NCBI GenBank assembly: GCA_963701665.1
Contig: OY969622.1
Span: forward strand, 1-64,000
Direction of reading: 5' to 3'
DNA from: Candidatus Babeliales bacterium
Lineage (GTDB): Bacteria > Babelota > Babeliae > Babelales > JANWKD01
Length of the DNA stretch: 64,000 bases
This document shows positions 1 to 10,429 of this stretch, piece after piece (positions within the stretch are counted from its first letter, which is position 1; every line of letters begins with the position of its first letter). Position numbers and translations under genes: made by a program. Under the pieces are notes generated by a model. That model did not search any database. It was given only the letters and a program-made list of their open reading frames with translations, and was not told the DNA's origin.

Positions 1-89
1 TGATTTATAATTTTTAAACAGATCACTATTTAAGATGCAACTCAATTTATTATTATAATGAGAATAATTTTATTTAGTAGAAGACTTAA

Positions 90-209
90 GGTAAACACGT
101 TATTGCAGAGCATAGTGGGCATCTAATTAATATAGAACAGCCTGAGATTATTGTTGAAGCCGTGCGTGATATTGTCGAACAAACTAGGAAAATAAATAAA
201 GCCAAATAA
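90..209 (+). pseudogene. C-terminal remnant of an alpha/beta hydrolase
   Basis: Translates GKHVIAEHSGHLINIEQPEIIVEAVRDIVEQ..., the typical catalytic-His C-terminus (SGHxIxxEQPE). An in-frame TAA at 87-89 lies directly upstream. Confidence 0.5.
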
Positions 210-213
210 GGCT

Positions 214-627
214 TTATTTATTTTTTTTTCGTGCATGAAGAGCTCGAGTTCTTGAAGAATCAGCGTGCGGCTGTTTTATCATTGTTGGCTTTCTTCCTCT
301 CGGAAGATTTACTTTCACTTCAGCTTTTTCTTTTGTTTTTATCTTAGGGGTAACTTTAATAGTGATATCTTGATCTAAGATATTTAAAAAACGGAAAAGT
401 CTTTCAAGAGAAAAACCAGCTACTCGTCCTTTGCTTAAAGCAGATACCTTTGGTTGATCTATCTCAAGAAGTTCAGCTGCTGCAACTTGTGTAAGCTTTT
501 TTTGTTTAATGATATTATTAATTTGACGGGCTAACTCTGCCTTTGCAAGCCATTCTTCTGGATTAGGAAATTCAAGATCTGCAAATATATTGCCTGAGCT
601 TATGATATAATCTTTATTTTTTTTCAT
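214..627 (-). CDS. XRE-family HTH antitoxin (HigA-like)
   Basis: SSGNIFADL...AKAELA...LTQVAAAELLEIDQPKVSAL..G....FSLERL signature; directly downstream of a RelE-like gene. Confidence 0.85.
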   Translation of the reverse strand: MKKNKDYIISSGNIFADLEFPNPEEWLAKAELARQINNIIKQKKLTQVAAAELLEIDQPKVSALSKGRVAGFSLERLFRFLNILDQDITIKVTPKIKTKEKAEVKVNLPRGRKPTMIKQPHADSSRTRALHARKKNK

Positions 628-632
628 GATAT

Positions 633-992
633 TTACTTCTTTGTTATTTCTTTATAAATTTCTTGAGCCTGTTTAAGTCTATTTCTTATAAGTTCCATAT
701 CTTGTTGAGGTGTTTTAATTCCTTCTTTAGACTTCTTTTGAAATACATGTAATACAAATACTATCTCAGGCATGGTAATTGTGTAAACAGCTCGATAGGT
801 TCCTGCTGCGTCTGTTTCTTTTATTTCAAGAACCCCTGCATTGCCAAAACCCTTAAGAGGTGTAGCACTTTCAGGCCTCTCCCCAGTTTGTACAAGATAA
901 AGGCCATATCCTATATCATGCATAATTTCACTCGGTAGTTTTTTTAAATCCTTTTTGCTAGATCCCACCCAAATTAGCTCTTTTACTTCCAT
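633..992 (-). CDS. RelE/ParE-superfamily toxin (HigB/Gp49-like)
   Basis: WVGSSKKDL...GVLEI...GTYRAVY...VLHVFQKKSK.GIKTP motif. ATG at 992 is preferred over 1016. Confidence 0.85.
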   Translation of the reverse strand: MEVKELIWVGSSKKDLKKLPSEIMHDIGYGLYLVQTGERPESATPLKGFGNAGVLEIKETDAAGTYRAVYTITMPEIVFVLHVFQKKSKEGIKTPQQDMELIRNRLKQAQEIYKEITKK

Positions 993-1076
993 ATGTTCCC
1001 AATTAAAATATGCCATATTTAGTATATTTTAGCAAGATATACCAAAAAAGCAAAAAGGAACACGCAAAATTTTTAT

Positions 1077-2189
1077 TTAAAAATAATCTTGGTTCAAAAT
1101 AGCTAAATATGCTTTGAAGCTAAAGAGCTTGCCACGTTTTTGGTTTGTCTCTTCTGTAAGAAGACCAAGAGAAACAAATTCATTAATAATCTGATCAGCA
1201 CTATTATATGATACCTTAAGCTGGCTACCCAGTTCTTTGATACTTATGACAGGAAATAAAAAAATAACCTCAAGTGCTTTTAATCTCTTTTGTTGTATGT
1301 TTTCAGATTTTATGTGATCCACTATTTTTGTAGCGCATTCTTTTTTAAGTGTCTCAAGTGTCTTTCCTCGTTGATAAGCATCATCACTGCTTTGTTTCAT
1401 CACGTTCAAATAAAAATGGATCCACCCTTCAAAATCACCTCGCGTTCTAACGCCATCTAATCGTTGATAATATTCAAGCTGATTTTTTTTAAAGTATAAA
1501 GAAGGATAGAGTAATGGTTCCTCAAGAAGTTTGCTTTCAAGCAACATTAATACAATTAAAAGTCTCCCAATACGCCCATTGCCATCTAAAAATGGATGGA
1601 TTGTCTCAAATTGAACATGCACAAGCCCTGCTTTTATGAGTGGTGGCAGTGTTTCATCAGTGTTGATATAGTTTTCAAGATCTGACATAAGGGCTGGTAT
1701 TTGCAATGGTGGCGGTGGGATTAAAGAGCCAACTCTAACTGCTTGCTTGCGATAATGACCTGGATTTGCGCTATCGCCTTCACCGTATTCCATTAAGATT
1801 TTATGTGCATTTAAAAGCACCCGTGAGCAAATTGGTAATCCCTCTTGTCTAGTAAGATTCATCGCACTATATAATGCTTTTGAATAATTCATTACCAGCT
1901 GTGTCTCCTTATTTGGTTTTGATTCCAATAGGGGTTGAGTGAAAACATCATAAAGGGTTGTATGAATACCTTCGATGGCACATGAAAGAAGGGCTTCTTT
2001 TGTAACATATGCTTTTATAAAGCGCTGAATATCAGGGACATTATTGGTCATCTCATTAAGTTTGCCGAGCGACAGCATAACGTCACCATATAACGCTGTT
2101 GATTCTTCAGATAAAACGAAAGAAGGATCTTTTGGGGGCAAAGGATATGGTATAAAGTATTTATCCTCGTAATAGCCTGTTTTACGCAT
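1077..2189 (-). CDS. Fic-domain protein (class II, with N-terminal inhibitory motif)
   Basis: Complete HPFLDGNGRIGR motif; SCAIEG inhibitory motif; C-terminal wHTH-like segment. Confidence 0.92.
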   Translation of the reverse strand: MRKTGYYEDKYFIPYPLPPKDPSFVLSEESTALYGDVMLSLGKLNEMTNNVPDIQRFIKAYVTKEALLSCAIEGIHTTLYDVFTQPLLESKPNKETQLVMNYSKALYSAMNLTRQEGLPICSRVLLNAHKILMEYGEGDSANPGHYRKQAVRVGSLIPPPPLQIPALMSDLENYINTDETLPPLIKAGLVHVQFETIHPFLDGNGRIGRLLIVLMLLESKLLEEPLLYPSLYFKKNQLEYYQRLDGVRTRGDFEGWIHFYLNVMKQSSDDAYQRGKTLETLKKECATKIVDHIKSENIQQKRLKALEVIFLFPVISIKELGSQLKVSYNSADQIINEFVSLGLLTEETNQKRGKLFSFKAYLAILNQDYF

Positions 2190-2317
2190 AGGGATAATTC
2201 CTTATTTCAAAAAAACCCTAAAAATTGAAATAACAATCAAAAGTATAGCAGCTTATTTCAATTTTTTACTATAAACTAAAAACAAGAACAAAACCTGATA
2301 ACTAAAAATATACCCTA

Positions 2318-2845
2318 ATGCTACAACCTCATCACAAAAAAATAGCGATTATCGGCTGCGCTGGTTCAGGAAAAACTACCCTCGCATTGTTGCTTCAAGA
2401 AAAATTCAAGCTCCCACTGTATCACCTCGATCAATATTATTGGAAACCAAATTGGGAACGATCTGAGCTTGCAGAATTCGCTCAAATCCATAATGAACTT
2501 TGCGAGCGCAATGCATGGATCATGGAAGGTTCATATTATAAATTATTTGCACAACGCGCGCGTTTCGCAAATGTCATTATCTTTCTCGATGCCCCTCGTT
2601 ATAAATGCCTATGGTATGTCCTCAAACGCGCGATCATACATTTTGGCAAGGAAATTCAGGGTAGCCCGCGCGGGTGTAAACAACATCTTTTAAATTATAA
2701 ATTTTTAGAATTTTTATACTGGATTTGGACGTTTAATGCACGTTATAGAGCAGCCATCATACGTGAACTTGAGAAGTTCAAAAATGAGAAACAGGTTTAT
2801 ATTTTAAAGTCCCTGAAAGAAGAAAATAAAATCTTACCAAGATAA
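2318..2845 (+). CDS. P-loop kinase, FlaR/topology-modulation (adenylate kinase-like) family
   Basis: IIGCAGSGKTT, HLDQYYWKPNW, WIMEGSY, FLYWIW. Confidence 0.8.
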   Translation: MLQPHHKKIAIIGCAGSGKTTLALLLQEKFKLPLYHLDQYYWKPNWERSELAEFAQIHNELCERNAWIMEGSYYKLFAQRARFANVIIFLDAPRYKCLWYVLKRAIIHFGKEIQGSPRGCKQHLLNYKFLEFLYWIWTFNARYRAAIIRELEKFKNEKQVYILKSLKEENKILPR

Positions 2846-2960
2846 CAGCCGTCCTATCAGCACATTCCCTTGCAAGCATTTCTATTTACCATATAATTAA
2901 AGTAATAATACTTTTAATAAATTTTTCAAATTGTAAATTTAATCACTGAAAAAGGATGTT

Positions 2961-4217
2961 ATGAACCTTATAAATTTCTATCGCTACCTTCTTTTGCTCC
3001 TTATGTTACCCCTTTATATTTCCCCGATAAGCACAAAGAAATCTAAAAAAAATGCCCCCCAAAACTTATTTCAGCCGACACTGGAGAATATTCATGCAAC
3101 AACCTTCAGATTTTATGAAAATCCTCAAGATACTTCTTTATTTCCTATAAAAACGATCTCAGCCATAACTAATGAGGTCTATTTAGATTTTGATCAATTA
3201 GCACAAATCAATCAGGTAGCGATAAAAAACACTGATAAAACAATAAAAGGATATGCCCTTATAAAAAAAGGCATTTCTAGGGCAAAAAATCCTCATAATC
3301 AATATATCACCCTACTATCAAGAGGACATGCAAATGCACCCGCACCTACGGATTATTTACCGAAGGAAAAGACTGCTTTTGAAAAAATGGTCGATTTTAT
3401 TTGCCCGGGTATACATGATCTAGGATATTTCCCCAAAAAAGGTGGCGGCGTATTAAGTGCTTATTCATCTTTCCGTGATAACCTCGTTCAAACTCCTGAC
3501 TGCATCAATTTTGATTATCCAGATACCGATGAACTTACTAACTTCGGTCAAGGCCTTGATATCGAATGCTTAAATACTGCTTATGATGCCATTCCAAGTA
3601 GCTATAACATTATCCCATTGGGAATTTGCCAAGGAGCACTCACGCTTTTAAAACGAGAGTTACTCAACGAGGGTAAGAATCGTCCATGTGCACTCGTTTT
3701 AGAATCACCACTTTTTTCATTGTCCGATCAGGTTTCACAAATATTGAAAACATATCTATTTAAAGCATCCGGTAAAATACCCGGTATGGTGTGGCTCTCT
3801 CATGCTATTTATTGTGCATTGAATCCCGGTGTTGATCGGAAGCAAGATAATTTAAAACAGCTTCTTGCAACTAAAAAGATACCTGCTGATTTACCAGTAT
3901 TGGTTATTCATATAAAAGATGACCCGATGGTATCTGATCAAGCAATTTTTTATATCATAAATACGCTCGCTCAATACAATGACAATATTCATTTACTCGT
4001 TCTGCAAGACGATACAAAGAAAGCTCATCACGGGGCACTACATACTGTTGAAGTATTCCAGAATGTTGTGAACAGTTTCTATCAACAGTATAATCTTCCG
4101 CATGATCCTCTATTGGCACAAAAAGGCAACGAGATTTTTGAGCTCACAAAAATAAATGCTCAAGCCGCTTCATCAAAGCAGTGGCTAATAACTCAATGCT
4201 TCGAAACTTCTGCATAA
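2961..4217 (+). CDS. Secreted hypothetical protein, possibly a degenerate alpha/beta hydrolase fold
   Basis: Signal peptide; GICQGA nucleophile-elbow-like motif, LVLESP, DDPMV and a late His (AHHG). Confidence 0.5.
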   Translation: MNLINFYRYLLLLLMLPLYISPISTKKSKKNAPQNLFQPTLENIHATTFRFYENPQDTSLFPIKTISAITNEVYLDFDQLAQINQVAIKNTDKTIKGYALIKKGISRAKNPHNQYITLLSRGHANAPAPTDYLPKEKTAFEKMVDFICPGIHDLGYFPKKGGGVLSAYSSFRDNLVQTPDCINFDYPDTDELTNFGQGLDIECLNTAYDAIPSSYNIIPLGICQGALTLLKRELLNEGKNRPCALVLESPLFSLSDQVSQILKTYLFKASGKIPGMVWLSHAIYCALNPGVDRKQDNLKQLLATKKIPADLPVLVIHIKDDPMVSDQAIFYIINTLAQYNDNIHLLVLQDDTKKAHHGALHTVEVFQNVVNSFYQQYNLPHDPLLAQKGNEIFELTKINAQAASSKQWLITQCFETSA

Positions 4218-4243
4218 ACAAATTATCTGATACCAAAAAATAA

Positions 4244-4279
4244 TTACCCAAGATATTTTACGTAAAATATCTTGGGTAA
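4244..4279. terminator. Perfect 36-bp palindrome, probable terminator
   Basis: TTACCCAAGATATTTTACGTAAAATATCTTGGGTAA is its own reverse complement and lies just after the stop at 4217. Confidence 0.6.
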
Positions 4280-4302
4280 AATTTTATTAATTCAAAAAAA
4301 AA

Positions 4303-4341
4303 CCTTCTTGTAAGAAACACTGATTATTGATAAAATTTAGT
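4303..4341 (+). promoter_or_regulatory. Sigma70-type promoter, copy 1 of a 39-bp direct repeat
   Basis: TTGTAA-17 nt-TAAAAT; repeated at 5168-5206. Confidence 0.6.
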
Positions 4342-4387
4342 GCTCTTTCTTCCATCTCACAACTTTTGTTTTTCATAGGGCTCCGCC

Positions 4388-5161
4388 ATGAATTATTCAC
4401 ACAGGTTTATTTTTTTTATTCTTATTTTAATTATCCAGCACATAGAACCATGCCAAGAAATACAGTCTATTAAAGAAATTGCACAGCATTTTAATCCTAA
4501 AAAAAGAATTATGGCCATCCTTGATATTGATAACACACTATTGCATCCCGATGATACTGAACTCGGCTCTGATCAATGGTTTTCTCACCACGTACGAGAA
4601 AACGTCAAAACTGGTATGACAAGCGAGGATGCTGTTAAAGCAATTTTACCAATCTATACGCATCTTAACTTGTTTATTAAGCTTGTTGCCACAGAACCTG
4701 CACTCGCGCAAGATCTTTTACATATTAAAAATAATTGCGAACATGTCATCTGCCTAACAAAACGCAGCTCGCCATTAATTGAAAAAACAATTCAAGAGCT
4801 ATGCAATAATAGTTTATATTTCGGTATCCCAGAACATAATGATATGCAGTGGGAACTTGAACACCCCTGTTTCTATAGAAAGGGATGTCTGTTCTGTGGA
4901 TCAAATTGTAAGGGAGCTGTCTTATCATCTTTCTTAGAAAAGATTAACTATAAACCAGATTTGATAATTTGCATTGATGATAAGGAAACATATTTACTAG
5001 CTGTAGAGCGGGTTGCTCAAAAATTAAACATAGAATATATCGGATTACGATACGCTGGTTGTGATAAGCGTGTTAAAAAATTTGATGCTGCTAAAGCAGA
5101 AATTGAATTGCAAGAATTTTTAGCACGCAATCCCCTTTCTCATAAAAATAGTTTTAACTAA
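4388..5161 (+). CDS. Secreted HAD-like protein (DUF2608-like)
   Basis: Signal peptide; LDIDNTL, LGSDQWF, LTKR and IDDK HAD motifs. Confidence 0.75.
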   Translation: MNYSHRFIFFILILIIQHIEPCQEIQSIKEIAQHFNPKKRIMAILDIDNTLLHPDDTELGSDQWFSHHVRENVKTGMTSEDAVKAILPIYTHLNLFIKLVATEPALAQDLLHIKNNCEHVICLTKRSSPLIEKTIQELCNNSLYFGIPEHNDMQWELEHPCFYRKGCLFCGSNCKGAVLSSFLEKINYKPDLIICIDDKETYLLAVERVAQKLNIEYIGLRYAGCDKRVKKFDAAKAEIELQEFLARNPLSHKNSFN

Positions 5162-5167
5162 AAAAAT

Positions 5168-5206
5168 CCTTCTTGTAAGAAACATTGATTATTGATACAA
5201 TTTAGT
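5168..5206 (+). promoter_or_regulatory. Sigma70-type promoter, copy 2 of a 39-bp direct repeat
   Basis: TTGTAA-17 nt-TACAAT; 37/39 identical to 4303-4341. Confidence 0.6.
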
Positions 5207-5247
5207 TGCCTATTTCATGCAAACTATTATTAAAAAAGGTATCATCA

Positions 5248-6237
5248 ATGGAAACAATTACCGTCCCCGGTACCATTGCCGAACAAATCAAACAAGAAAC
5301 GCCACGATTTGCACATCTTGTTAACGAAGTTGCAAAAGTAGTTGTTGGTCATACCGATATTCTCAATTTTATTATCATCAGCATTTTATGTGACGGCCAT
5401 ATTTTACTCGAGGGTGTTCCTGGCGTTGCAAAAACAACGATGATCAAAGCAATGACCAAAGCACTTGGATTGAGCTGCGCGCGCATACAGTTCACACCTG
5501 ATCTTTTACCCGCGGATTTAATTGGAACGCTCATTTATAATCCGAAAGTACACGATTTTGAAATTAAAAAAGGTCCCATTTTTGCAAACTTAATTTTAGC
5601 AGATGAAATCAACCGCGCACCGGCAAAAGTACAAGCTGCACTGCTGGAAGCGATGCAAGAACAACAAGTAACTATTGGTTCAACAACATTCCACCTTGAT
5701 AAACCGTTTTTAGTATTTGCAACACAAAATCCTTTGGAGCAAGAAGGCACGTATCAATTGCCTGAAGCACAAATTGATCGCTTCATGTTTAAGCTCTTGG
5801 TTTCTTACCCAACCATGGCTCAAGAAAAAGAGATCATTAAAAAATCGGCCACCTTTGCTACTATCGTGCAACAAATTTCAAAAGAAGAAATTCTTGCACA
5901 ACAACAGTTAGTGAAACAGATTTATATTGATGACAAAATTGTTGATTATATTGTTGCCATTATTTTTGCAACACGCTCGCCTGAAAAGTTTGAGTTAGGA
6001 CATTTAAAATCATTGATTTCTTACGGTGTTTCCCCACGCGCCAGCCTTACTTTGTATGCAGCTTCACAAGCGCACGCGTTCTTAAAAAATAGACATTTTG
6101 TAACACCAGATGACGTTAAAGCAGTCGCATTGCCTGCACTACGCCATAGAATATTGCTAACATATGAAGCTGATATGCAGCAAATTACCGCCGATGATAT
6201 TATTAAGATGATATTAAATACGGTACCAGTACCATAA
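5248..6237 (+). CDS. moxR: MoxR-family AAA+ ATPase
   Basis: GHILLEGVPGVAKT, RIQFTPDLLPAD, DEINRAPAKVQAALLEAMQE, ATQNP.EQEGTY.LPEAQ.DRF. ATG 5248 is preferred. Confidence 0.93.
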   Translation: METITVPGTIAEQIKQETPRFAHLVNEVAKVVVGHTDILNFIIISILCDGHILLEGVPGVAKTTMIKAMTKALGLSCARIQFTPDLLPADLIGTLIYNPKVHDFEIKKGPIFANLILADEINRAPAKVQAALLEAMQEQQVTIGSTTFHLDKPFLVFATQNPLEQEGTYQLPEAQIDRFMFKLLVSYPTMAQEKEIIKKSATFATIVQQISKEEILAQQQLVKQIYIDDKIVDYIVAIIFATRSPEKFELGHLKSLISYGVSPRASLTLYAASQAHAFLKNRHFVTPDDVKAVALPALRHRILLTYEADMQQITADDIIKMILNTVPVP

Positions 6238-6361
6238 TGTACGATATCGTACCATGAATATATATGAATAAAAGCTACAATCGTGTGCACATCAACCTTC
6301 CGCTTGACAAGATTGAGACAACAGGGTTATTGTTTGAGAATATAATCAAGAAAAGGAAAGT

Positions 6362-7501
6362 TTGATGAAACATCCCTTTTGGCTGCTCAATGATGCACTG
6401 TTAGTTTTGTTTCTATTCATCATCGGATTTATTATTCTTGCTGCTCCTTCATTACCTAAGCGCGTAAGTTTAAAACCAGAAATCGAAGCGAAGCCACCAA
6501 AAAAAGATGTATCTGGCCTTGATTTGAGTAAAATATATATGAACGATATTTTTGGTACTTATCAGCAAGCAGCTCCGCCTATAGCGCCAGCAGAATCTAA
6601 AGCAACATTGCCCGAACCTCCTATGCCTGAACCGGTACGCGTCCCCCTTGCAACGCCACCGCGCTTTTTAGAGCCGTTACAGATTACCTTGAAAGGCATT
6701 GTGACTCTTAACAATGAAACTGAAAATATTGCCATAATTCAGGACAATAAAACCAGTACATCAAAAAATTATATGATTGGCGATAAAATTGAAGATTCGC
6801 AGCTCATTAGAATTTTGAGAAATAAGATAATTCTCGTTCGCTCAAATGGGCAACAAGAAACCTTATATGTAAATCAATTTGATGCTGAACTTGATCAGCA
6901 ACGTATTGCGCCAAATGATTGGAGCACCGTTGTACAACAAACAGGCGAAAACATCTATGTTGTCGATCCACAAAGTTTTATTATGCATATTCCTAACTTG
7001 AGTCAGTGCATAGATACCCTTAATCTGATCACGGTTTATAAACAAGGTGAAAGTATCGGATGCCGCATAGGAATTTTACAGCCAAAATCGATTGGCTTAG
7101 CGCTGGGACTCCAGCAAGGTGATATCATCACGGCTATTAATACTATTCCATCAACCACGACCGATTCACGTTTTGAAATTTATCAAGCAGTCGTGAATAT
7201 GAAACTTGGAGATACCATCACGGTAGGCATAACTCGTAATAATAGACCAGTTGAGTTACGCTATACATTACAAACTATTGAAAAAACGGCAGCAACTCCG
7301 GGCAAAGAAGCGGTTGGCTTACCGGTCAAATCTGCTGAACAGATGGAAGCTGAACGAATAGAAATTTTGCGCCAACGACATCGCTTTGCTCCAACAATTG
7401 AGGAAATGCGTATGCAGCAAAAACGTGAAATTGCACAGTATGGATCACCTGGCCAGAGACAGCGTAATATGCTTATGAACTCTGTACCTTCAAGAACGTA
7501 A
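6362..7501 (+). CDS. gspC: Type II secretion protein C-like (TM, HR domain, PDZ)
   Basis: N-terminal TM, Pro-rich linker, LKGIV...AII...Y.IGD.I HR domain, GLQQGDIITAIN PDZ; directly precedes a secretin. Confidence 0.8.
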   Translation: MMKHPFWLLNDALLVLFLFIIGFIILAAPSLPKRVSLKPEIEAKPPKKDVSGLDLSKIYMNDIFGTYQQAAPPIAPAESKATLPEPPMPEPVRVPLATPPRFLEPLQITLKGIVTLNNETENIAIIQDNKTSTSKNYMIGDKIEDSQLIRILRNKIILVRSNGQQETLYVNQFDAELDQQRIAPNDWSTVVQQTGENIYVVDPQSFIMHIPNLSQCIDTLNLITVYKQGESIGCRIGILQPKSIGLALGLQQGDIITAINTIPSTTTDSRFEIYQAVVNMKLGDTITVGITRNNRPVELRYTLQTIEKTAATPGKEAVGLPVKSAEQMEAERIEILRQRHRFAPTIEEMRMQQKREIAQYGSPGQRQRNMLMNSVPSRT

Positions 7502-10429
7502 ATGGATGAGAAAATGAAAAAAAGATCCTTACTCATTTCTGTCATCACACTTTTATTAGTACTACCGCACGTATCATTCTCAAAAGATCCTGAAGAAACT
7601 GCAACGACAAAAAAAGTTCGTGAACAATCGACAAATCAAAAAACAACTAAAAAACCCATACAAGAGGATCAGCCAGAAGAAGTGGGCAAGAATCTTCACC
7701 TTGACCCCGATACACAAAAAGAAAGTCAAAGAAAGAGAAAACAAGAAAAAATTGCTTCGAAAAAAGAGATCAAAGAAGTTCAGAAATTAAAAAATATCGC
7801 TGTCAGTGATCATGACGAAGCGCATCTACAGCGCAGCCTTAATTCCCTTTTACCAAAAGAAGCTGTACACAATGCCTATGACACCATAGAAGTTAATCTT
7901 GAAAAAACAGATGTACTCAATCTTCTTGAATGGATAAAAAAGATTTTTAAGATAAATTTTCTATCGGGTGATGCGCTAAACCCTCCTGGTCCAGGAAAAA
8001 TTGCTGGTAACTTAATTACCTATAAGACTCACACCTCAATCACCAAACGAGAAGTGTGGGATCTATTCTTAAAATTTCTCGACCTCTTTAATGTCACTCT
8101 CATACCAACTCATTATTTGGATGGGCATCCCACATCGTTCAATATTGTTCCAGCAGACGCAGCAAATCAATCGCCACTGCCCGTTTTTATTGGCGTTAAA
8201 TGGCAAGATCTGCCAGAAAATGATACCAAAATTCGATATGTTTATTTTATTCAGAACAGCCAATTAGCAACGCTCAATGCCATTGCGCAGGATTTTAAAA
8301 GTAAAAGCGGTATTGTACAACCTTTTGAAGATTTGAATGCATTAATTTTTTCTGATAAAGCATCCAATATTCGTTCCATCATGATGATTTTGAGTGAACT
8401 TGATAGCGTAAGCATGCCAGAAGGACTTTCAGTATTGAAGCTGAAGCATGCAAATGCTGAAGATGTTGTAGCATTGTATGAAAATTTAGTCACGCGCGAA
8501 GAGCAAAAGACCGGCATCGCTGCTCGTTTGTTTGGTGCAAAAAAACAATCAACGACTGCGTATTTTCCGGAAGACACAAAGCTTATCGCAGAACCTCGCA
8601 CCAACTCACTCGTTATTTTAGGAACACGCGCGAGCATTGAAAAGGTTGAAGATTTTATTCTCAATTATGTTGATACCGAATTACAACAACCCTATTCGCC
8701 ATTGTATGTCTACGACTTGCAATACGCAAACTCAGATAATATTGCACAAATTCTCAATCAGGTAACTGCCTTTGCGCCAAATTCAAAAGCAGCAGCCTAC
8801 GGTGGCGTACGTGATGGCAATAAATTTTTCAGACCAATGCAATTTATTTCCGAACCTTCCGGTAATAGACTTTTAATTCGCGCGGAAAAAGAAGACTATT
8901 TAAAAGTACGTACCATTATTGAACAACTTGATGTCAAACAGCCTCAGATCGCTATCGAAGTACTTGTCGTAAACGTAAACACGACAAAATTGAAATCGCT
9001 TGGCACCCAAATGCGCACAAAAACACCAGGATTTGGTGGCAGTGCTGGCACACGCAATGTGGAATTTCAAAATTCTGGTATTACAAATGGTAATGTGGCC
9101 GGCATTATAACAACAGCAAACGGTAGCTTAATGGGTGATCTGGTGACTCTTGCACAAGGCCAGGTCCCAGGTACGACGTTACTCTCAATAGGCAGCTCTT
9201 TTGTAGGCGGCGTGTGGGCATTATTTAAAATTCTTGAAACATACACTTATTCGAGTTTAGTTTCATATCCATTCTTAACAACGACCAACAAATTTACGGC
9301 ACGCGTATCACTTGGTGAAACAAGACGTGTTTCAACCGGTACAGTACAAAGTAACGCTACGGTGGCGACACAAGCAGACTTATCGGCGAACTTGACGGTA
9401 GAAATTACGCCGCAAATTAATAATGACGGCATTATTAATTTAGAAATTAGAATCGATGTCGATACGTTTACCGATGCACTCGCAACAAGCGCAACGCGTA
9501 ACACAAAAACGATTAAAACGAGTGCCAATGTAGCCAATAAAGAAATTCTTGCTATCGGTGGTTTGTTGCAAAATCAAAACCAAGACGCCACCTTTGAAGT
9601 GCCATTGCTTGGTAAAATACCTATTCTTGGCTGGTTCTTTAAAAATAAAAATAAATCGAAAAACAAAAGTAATTTATTAGTGTTCATTTCACCACAAATT
9701 GTTCAACCAATGGCACAGGGTGGTATTGGTGATTACACTGTCAAGAAAGCTGAATACTCTAAGAGTGCATTGAAAGATATGCGTCACCCTACTGAACAAC
9801 GTGACCCTATTCATCGCTGGTTCTTTAAAGATCGTTCTGACGAAGATACAGAAAAAGTTGATTTCTTCTTGCATCCAAAAAGTCCTTGCTTGGAGCCTGG
9901 CAACGTTGTTGATTGTCGTATCAATGATGTATTTGATAGTGATATGTATCACTGCAAATGTTCTGGCCAAACATGTAAAGATAAATATGAATGCGCTCGT
10001 GAGCCACGATTCTTGCATAAAACTAACTGCGTGCGTGATATTGATCAATTGAATGAAACGCTCGAAGGAATGCCGGTTCCATCAAAGAAAAAAGCAGCAC
10101 AAAAAGAAGGTGCACCTGAAGAGAAAAAAGAATACCTCACCAGAGAGCAAGAAAGAGCGGCTGTTGAACAGCAATATAAAAAAGAACAGCAGCCAGAAAA
10201 ACCTGCGCTCAAGCCATCTGAGCAGGAGATAGAATTTGTACAACAGGAAAAACCTCGTCCGGTTCGTCCTCTTGAATCAGATGAAGAAGCACCTGCTATT
10301 TCATCACATGCAGTTACTATCTCACAGAATGAAAGTAGGCCAACACCAGCGCGCGTGAAAAAAAGAACCTCCATTATGGAATTCTTACCTCCTGAAGAGA
10401 TTCCGTCTGATAAGGAGGCACAAGCATGA
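7502..10429 (+). CDS. gspD: Secretin (GspD-like) 1 with Cys-rich and charged C-terminal extension
   Basis: Repeated N-domains (LKHANAEDV, LQYANS), QLDVKQPQIAIEV, ITPQIN, VPLLGKIPILGWFFK, LLVFISPQIV. Confidence 0.9.
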   Translation: MDEKMKKRSLLISVITLLLVLPHVSFSKDPEETATTKKVREQSTNQKTTKKPIQEDQPEEVGKNLHLDPDTQKESQRKRKQEKIASKKEIKEVQKLKNIAVSDHDEAHLQRSLNSLLPKEAVHNAYDTIEVNLEKTDVLNLLEWIKKIFKINFLSGDALNPPGPGKIAGNLITYKTHTSITKREVWDLFLKFLDLFNVTLIPTHYLDGHPTSFNIVPADAANQSPLPVFIGVKWQDLPENDTKIRYVYFIQNSQLATLNAIAQDFKSKSGIVQPFEDLNALIFSDKASNIRSIMMILSELDSVSMPEGLSVLKLKHANAEDVVALYENLVTREEQKTGIAARLFGAKKQSTTAYFPEDTKLIAEPRTNSLVILGTRASIEKVEDFILNYVDTELQQPYSPLYVYDLQYANSDNIAQILNQVTAFAPNSKAAAYGGVRDGNKFFRPMQFISEPSGNRLLIRAEKEDYLKVRTIIEQLDVKQPQIAIEVLVVNVNTTKLKSLGTQMRTKTPGFGGSAGTRNVEFQNSGITNGNVAGIITTANGSLMGDLVTLAQGQVPGTTLLSIGSSFVGGVWALFKILETYTYSSLVSYPFLTTTNKFTARVSLGETRRVSTGTVQSNATVATQADLSANLTVEITPQINNDGIINLEIRIDVDTFTDALATSATRNTKTIKTSANVANKEILAIGGLLQNQNQDATFEVPLLGKIPILGWFFKNKNKSKNKSNLLVFISPQIVQPMAQGGIGDYTVKKAEYSKSALKDMRHPTEQRDPIHRWFFKDRSDEDTEKVDFFLHPKSPCLEPGNVVDCRINDVFDSDMYHCKCSGQTCKDKYECAREPRFLHKTNCVRDIDQLNETLEGMPVPSKKKAAQKEGAPEEKKEYLTREQERAAVEQQYKKEQQPEKPALKPSEQEIEFVQQEKPRPVRPLESDEEAPAISSHAVTISQNESRPTPARVKKRTSIMEFLPPEEIPSDKEAQA

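Noticed and set aside
5248..6237. MoxR as the secretion ATPase of the T2SS locus
   Set aside because: It is an AAA+ MoxR, not a GspE/PilB ATPase, and a separate TTGACA promoter candidate (~6304) precedes gspC. Adjacency alone is insufficient.
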